Origin: an uncultured virus (IMG/VR IMGVR_UViG_3300034073_003631)
Lineage: Duplodnaviria > Heunggongvirae > Uroviricota > Caudoviricetes
DNA length: 20,000 bases
IMG/VR virus record: IMGVR_UViG_3300034073_003631
Location: 56,566 to 76,565 of that record
Reading direction: 5' to 3' (one strand)
Positions 16,231 to 20,000 of the stretch are shown here, in pieces (positions within the stretch are counted from its first letter, which is position 1; every line of letters starts with the position of its first letter). The translations under genes and the position numbers were made by a program. The notes below the pieces were generated by a model, which did no database searches, was not told the origin of the DNA, and worked only from the letters and a program-made list of their open reading frames with translations.

Positions 16231-16938
16231 TTATATATGATATATTAACTTTGCTTTTTGATATGCTTCTGCTGCTTCACCTGGGGTGTCAAACAAACCA
16301 AGGTGTATTATTTTTTTATTAATTTGTATTTTTGCAAGCCATTTTTTACTTGGTTTATTAAAGTAATAACCTTTAACCCCTTTTTTATTTCTATGAGTTT
16401 CACTCATTTTCTGTTTTGTTTCTTCTGAATGTGTTTTACCAAACATGTTAGTGTTACCTTTCATTGCTTCACTCAATTTCTGTTTTGTTTCTTCTGAAAA
16501 AGTTCTACCTTTCAGTGCTTCACTCAATTTCTGTCTTGTTTCTTCTGAAAGAGTGTTACCTTTCAGTGCTTCACTTATTTTCTGTTTTACTTCTTCTGAA
16601 ACAGTTTTACCTTTATTTCCTTCACTCATTTTCTGTCTAGTTTCTTCTGAGCATATTAAACCCAAACAACCTTCACCCCCATCTGTCATATTAACCAAAT
16701 TCCCCAAACCCAAATCTTTCCTTCCATACTTTTCTATTAATAATATTTCAATCTTTTTTGCTTCATCATGTTCAATATCCTCATAAACAATATTCACAGT
16801 ATATCCAGCTTTATTAACAATATTATGCCAATGTTTATTTCTATTATGTTTATCAAAAGCCCTTCCCTCTTCTTTACCAATACCAACATAAAACACCTCA
16901 TTGGTGTCATTTCTTAAATGTTCATATACAATTGCCAT
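16231..16938 (-). CDS. Free-standing homing endonuclease (GIY-YIG-like + NUMOD3 repeats + AP2-like domain)
   Basis: IVYEH...FYVGIG...R...E...LVNMTDGGEG; five SEETxQKxSE repeats; C-terminal GVKGYYF..KKWLAKIQIN..IHLGLFDT..EAAEAY. Confidence 0.88.
   Translation of the reverse strand: MAIVYEHLRNDTNEVFYVGIGKEEGRAFDKHNRNKHWHNIVNKAGYTVNIVYEDIEHDEAKKIEILLIEKYGRKDLGLGNLVNMTDGGEGCLGLICSEETRQKMSEGNKGKTVSEEVKQKISEALKGNTLSEETRQKLSEALKGRTFSEETKQKLSEAMKGNTNMFGKTHSEETKQKMSETHRNKKGVKGYYFNKPSKKWLAKIQINKKIIHLGLFDTPGEAAEAYQKAKLIYHI
16395..16650 (-). repeat. Intragenic tandem repeats (about 51 bp) encoding NUMOD3 motifs
   Basis: Repeated TTCACTCAxTTTCTGTxTTGTTTCTTCTGA units on the + strand. Confidence 0.85.
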
Positions 16939-16952
16939 ATTCTTTTTTTTTG

Positions 16953-16960
16953 CAAATATA
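16953..16960 (-). promoter_or_regulatory. Bacteroidota-type -7 promoter element (TATATTTG) for the endonuclease gene
   Basis: CAAATATA on the + strand, 14 nt upstream of the minus-strand ATG at 16938. Confidence 0.6.
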
Positions 16961-16985
16961 ATTAAAATTAATTTGGTTGCAAAGC

Positions 16986-16994
16986 ATATTTATA
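16986..16994 (+). promoter_or_regulatory. ATATTTATA motif, putative phage late promoter (representative copy)
   Basis: The same 9-mer lies 9-15 nt before the ATGs at 3916, 10673, 13252, 13765, 16176(-), 17009 and 19427. Confidence 0.65.
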
Positions 16995-17008
16995 ATTAAA
17001 AATATAGA

Positions 17009-18370
17009 ATGAAAATATTAATCAATGAGAATCAATTAAGTGATATCATAAATGAAGCAATACCTTATAAAATTGCAAAAAAATATTTAGAATTAAATAG
17101 GAATCCAAGCATAAAAAAACATATTGATAATATGTTTAATAAGTTAAAAGAAATGCCAGGAGCAAGAGTATTGGATAAAGCTGGGGATAGGGTTGCATTC
17201 CCTTATAAACAAATTGATTTGGAAAATGAGATTAGCAAGATGCTTAAAAATAATAAATATAAATTAGTAGATTTCAATAATAATGAGGCATTAAGTGTTA
17301 AAGATATCATTGGGGAAAAACCTCAACCAATCAAAATAAGCAAAGCATTAACAATAATATCAAAAAAAAGTGCTGAGGCGGGTAGATTATTAAAATTATA
17401 TAATTATACTAGAAGCCAGAGTATTAAAGACGAGGATATTGAATTTATGATTGTATTTTCAAGAAAAAAATATGATCTTGCTGGAATGACATATGGAAGG
17501 AGTTGGCCATCAAACTGTATGCACTTGACAGATGGGGTTAATAAGGATTTCATTTTAAAAGATGTTGAAAGTGGAACAATAATATGTTATTTGATAACCA
17601 AAGATGATATAAATATAGATGATCCAATTGGTAGAATTTTAATAAAACCATTTGTTAATGTTGATGATGAATCTGATGTGATTTTATATCCAGAAACAAA
17701 AACATATGGCAATATAAAAGACACATTTAAATTTGTTAAAGATATTGATAAATATATGGATGCTGCTCAATCCATTAAATGGAAATATGATTTAAAAAAA
17801 GGTTTATATTGTGATGGAAGGAGGAAGACTGTGTTTGGTAAAGATGCATTAAGACTTGAAGTATTAAAAAGTATGGAACAGGGTTATTTAACAAGAGATG
17901 AAAATGAATTGGCATTGTTAACATCAGAAGATTTATATAAATATGTTAATAAGAAGATTGATAAGTTTAAGGATAGTCCATCAGCATATAAAGAATTAGA
18001 ATATGAAGATTTTAAAGTAGCAACTTCAGAGCAAATAAATCAATATTTTGATATTATCAAACAAAATAATCTAACTGTAAATATAAATAATATTAGATTT
18101 TTGAAAAAAAGTATAATAAAAGATTATTTAGATAATCAAATTTTAAAATATAAAAATAAACTTAGAAATAAACTTGATGAAATTGAAATTTTCTTATTAA
18201 CAGATAACCAGAAAAAAGAATATTCAAATAGTGTTATTGATAGAAATGAAATGTTAGATGATAAATTATTTGATTTACTTTCATTTGATGAAAAGGTTGA
18301 TTATTTTAAAAAAGGTAATAGTTTTTCTGGGCGTCAACGTGAATTTAGAAATAAAATATTAAATAATTAA
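17009..18370 (+). CDS. Hypothetical phage protein with MKILINENQL leader; conserved YDxAGMxYGRxWx(x)CMHL domain
   Basis: 453-aa ORF, paralog of the ORF at 19427, with a helical repeat-like C-terminus. Confidence 0.85.
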   Translation: MKILINENQLSDIINEAIPYKIAKKYLELNRNPSIKKHIDNMFNKLKEMPGARVLDKAGDRVAFPYKQIDLENEISKMLKNNKYKLVDFNNNEALSVKDIIGEKPQPIKISKALTIISKKSAEAGRLLKLYNYTRSQSIKDEDIEFMIVFSRKKYDLAGMTYGRSWPSNCMHLTDGVNKDFILKDVESGTIICYLITKDDINIDDPIGRILIKPFVNVDDESDVILYPETKTYGNIKDTFKFVKDIDKYMDAAQSIKWKYDLKKGLYCDGRRKTVFGKDALRLEVLKSMEQGYLTRDENELALLTSEDLYKYVNKKIDKFKDSPSAYKELEYEDFKVATSEQINQYFDIIKQNNLTVNINNIRFLKKSIIKDYLDNQILKYKNKLRNKLDEIEIFLLTDNQKKEYSNSVIDRNEMLDDKLFDLLSFDEKVDYFKKGNSFSGRQREFRNKILNN

Positions 18371-18381
18371 AAACATATAGA

Positions 18382-19329
18382 ATGAAAATATTAATCAATG
18401 AGAATCAATTAAGTGATATCATAAATGAGGGGTCAATAAGATTAACACCAAGTGAGAGGCAGCAGGTGGAGGATATTCTACCCAAAGCGATTGAAGTCAT
18501 AGCAGGAAAAGACCTTGGAAGCAGCACAGGATGGTGGGGGGCTTTCAAGAAAATTGGCATAATAAGAGCAGTTTCAGCGGATGGGGAAAAAATATTGATA
18601 GATATATTTGTTGGAAATAATATAAGTGATGAAACAAAAACAGCACTAGGTTACTATAATCCAAGAGATCGAAAAAACCCAAATGATAATTTCATTGTAT
18701 TGCAACAACGTAACTTATCAAGTTATTTTAAAGGTCCACTAGGTATAGATTCCAAAATAGATAAATTTGCACTGGGGATAGAAAATCCTGGCATTGAGGA
18801 AGTACGAGGGGTGTTGAAACATGAAATCATCCATGCAAAGGATCCAAATATGAATCAACATTTTAAGTTTAGATATAAGAAAGAACCAAAAAATTCAAAG
18901 GAAGAGGAAAAACTTTATTATAGTTCATGGGAGGAGTTTAAAACAATGTCAGGACAACTACTTGAAGCAATAATTGTATGTTCAGAAAAAGCACCAAAAC
19001 TAGGGATGGAAAAAAAAGATATAATCAATGGTTTAGATAATATACTAATGTTATATGCTGGCAAAACTAAAAGTTTCAATCAAAATGCCAAGGATCTTAT
19101 TCAAGGCAGTGGTAAAAGGAATATCTTCCAAAAGATAATAGTAAATAGCAATATATATCAAAAATATCTAATATCAAGCAATTATACCCCAGTGGAAACA
19201 TATCATGCTTATTTGCAAAAAATAAAAGAACACAACCCCAAGGGTTATAACAGATTTTTAAGGGAATTATATAGGACAATAAATGAGGCCAAAGATATGG
19301 CAAATAAACAAGAGGCATATAATGCTTAG
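18382..19329 (+). CDS. HExxH zincin-like protein with MKILINENQL leader
   Basis: ALGYY...VLKHEIIHAKD...YYSSWEEF. First 16 aa identical to those of 17009. Confidence 0.75.
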   Translation: MKILINENQLSDIINEGSIRLTPSERQQVEDILPKAIEVIAGKDLGSSTGWWGAFKKIGIIRAVSADGEKILIDIFVGNNISDETKTALGYYNPRDRKNPNDNFIVLQQRNLSSYFKGPLGIDSKIDKFALGIENPGIEEVRGVLKHEIIHAKDPNMNQHFKFRYKKEPKNSKEEEKLYYSSWEEFKTMSGQLLEAIIVCSEKAPKLGMEKKDIINGLDNILMLYAGKTKSFNQNAKDLIQGSGKRNIFQKIIVNSNIYQKYLISSNYTPVETYHAYLQKIKEHNPKGYNRFLRELYRTINEAKDMANKQEAYNA

Positions 19330-19351
19330 AATACAAAAAAGTTTTTTTTTT

Positions 19352-19393
19352 AAAACCCCCAACCTTCAATGTCATAATGGTTGGGGGTTTTTT
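19352..19393 (+). terminator. Intrinsic terminator
   Basis: AAAACCCCCAACC...GGTTGGGGGTTTTTT inverted repeat. Confidence 0.85.
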
Positions 19394-19426
19394 ATTTCTG
19401 CAGATATTTATAATTAAAATTATATA

Positions 19427-20000
19427 ATGAGAATATTAATAAATGAAACCCAGTTAAGCAACATAATAAAAGAAGCAATTCCATATAGTATTGCAAAGGA
19501 ATACATAACAAGGGAAAGGAGTGATGCTGCTATTAAGTTGATGGATAATGTATTTAATAAATTAAAGAATCTACCCAATGCAAAAGTCCTTGATAGGAGG
19601 GGAGATAGAATTGCATTTCCTTATGGTGAAACACCTTTGGAAGATGATATAAAAATGTTATTGAAAAAATATGATTATAATGTTTTAAATTTTAATAACA
19701 ATGATGCTTTAAGAATTGCCAAAACTGAAAAAGGAAATAAGGCACAACCAATAAAAATAACCAAAGCATTGGCAAATATATCAAAATTAAAAGATAAGGA
19801 TGGGAATGTTATTGAACCAAAGGCAAAAAACTTTGTGGATTTATTTGCTGATGCAAAAAGTAGGGAAGGAAAGGCAATGGAAAAAAAACTTGGGCTAATT
19901 ATTATATTTGCAAGACACCCATATGATATTGCTGGAATGTCTTATGGTAGAACTTGGAGGAGTTGTATGCATCTAGTAGATGGGAAATTTAGAGAGTTTG
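19427..20000 (+). CDS. 3'-truncated paralog of 17009..18370 (not in the ORF track)
   Basis: MRILINETQLSNIIKEAIPYSIAKEY...VLDRRGDRIAFPY...QPIKITKAL...ARHPYDIAGMSYGRTWRSCMHLVDG; open to the window end; ATATTTATA at 19404-19412. Confidence 0.88.
   Translation, partial: MRILINETQLSNIIKEAIPYSIAKEYITRERSDAAIKLMDNVFNKLKNLPNAKVLDRRGDRIAFPYGETPLEDDIKMLLKKYDYNVLNFNNNDALRIAKTEKGNKAQPIKITKALANISKLKDKDGNVIEPKAKNFVDLFADAKSREGKAMEKKLGLIIIFARHPYDIAGMSYGRTWRSCMHLVDGKFREF

Noticed and set aside
16231..16938. Group I intron or intein hosting the endonuclease
   Set aside because: Flanking genes are intact, and intergenic gaps (about 55-70 bp) are too short for a ribozyme core.
12084..18428. Diversity-generating retroelement or invertase shufflon explaining the shared 5' ends
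   Set aside because: No reverse transcriptase or recombinase in the window; repeats are at 5' ends and do not show adenine-specific variation.

Overview
AT-rich, gene-dense window that reads as part of a large (jumbo-type) tailed phage genome, most likely infecting a Bacteroidota host. Support: TAnnTTTG-type promoters, A-rich leaders without Shine-Dalgarno sites, and Bacteroidota-type OMP and DUF4846 genes. 0.4-5.3 kb is a cluster of five orphan DNA methyltransferases (three paralogous C5 MTases with different variable regions, one short divergent C5 MTase, one Dam-like N6 MTase) with no restriction enzyme visible. 5.4-10.6 kb holds small phage ORFs, two tRNAs (CAT and GAT anticodons), envelope genes (SPOR-like, outer-membrane beta-barrel) and a beta-clamp-like gene. 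10.7-20 kb is an array of accessory genes that mostly share an upstream ATATTTATA motif and short Glu-containing N-terminal leaders (MNLQENIxRI; MKILINExQL/MKxIxLTES). These leaders are fused to unrelated enzymatic domains: three ADP-ribosyltransferase-like folds, a nucleotidyltransferase, a Tae4-like amidase, a zincin and a ParB-like domain. My main hypothesis is a modular leader-plus-cargo system for virion-packaged effectors. The window is also strongly CpG-depleted and shows recombination scars around the cargo genes. All functional calls come from motif recognition by eye, with no database search.
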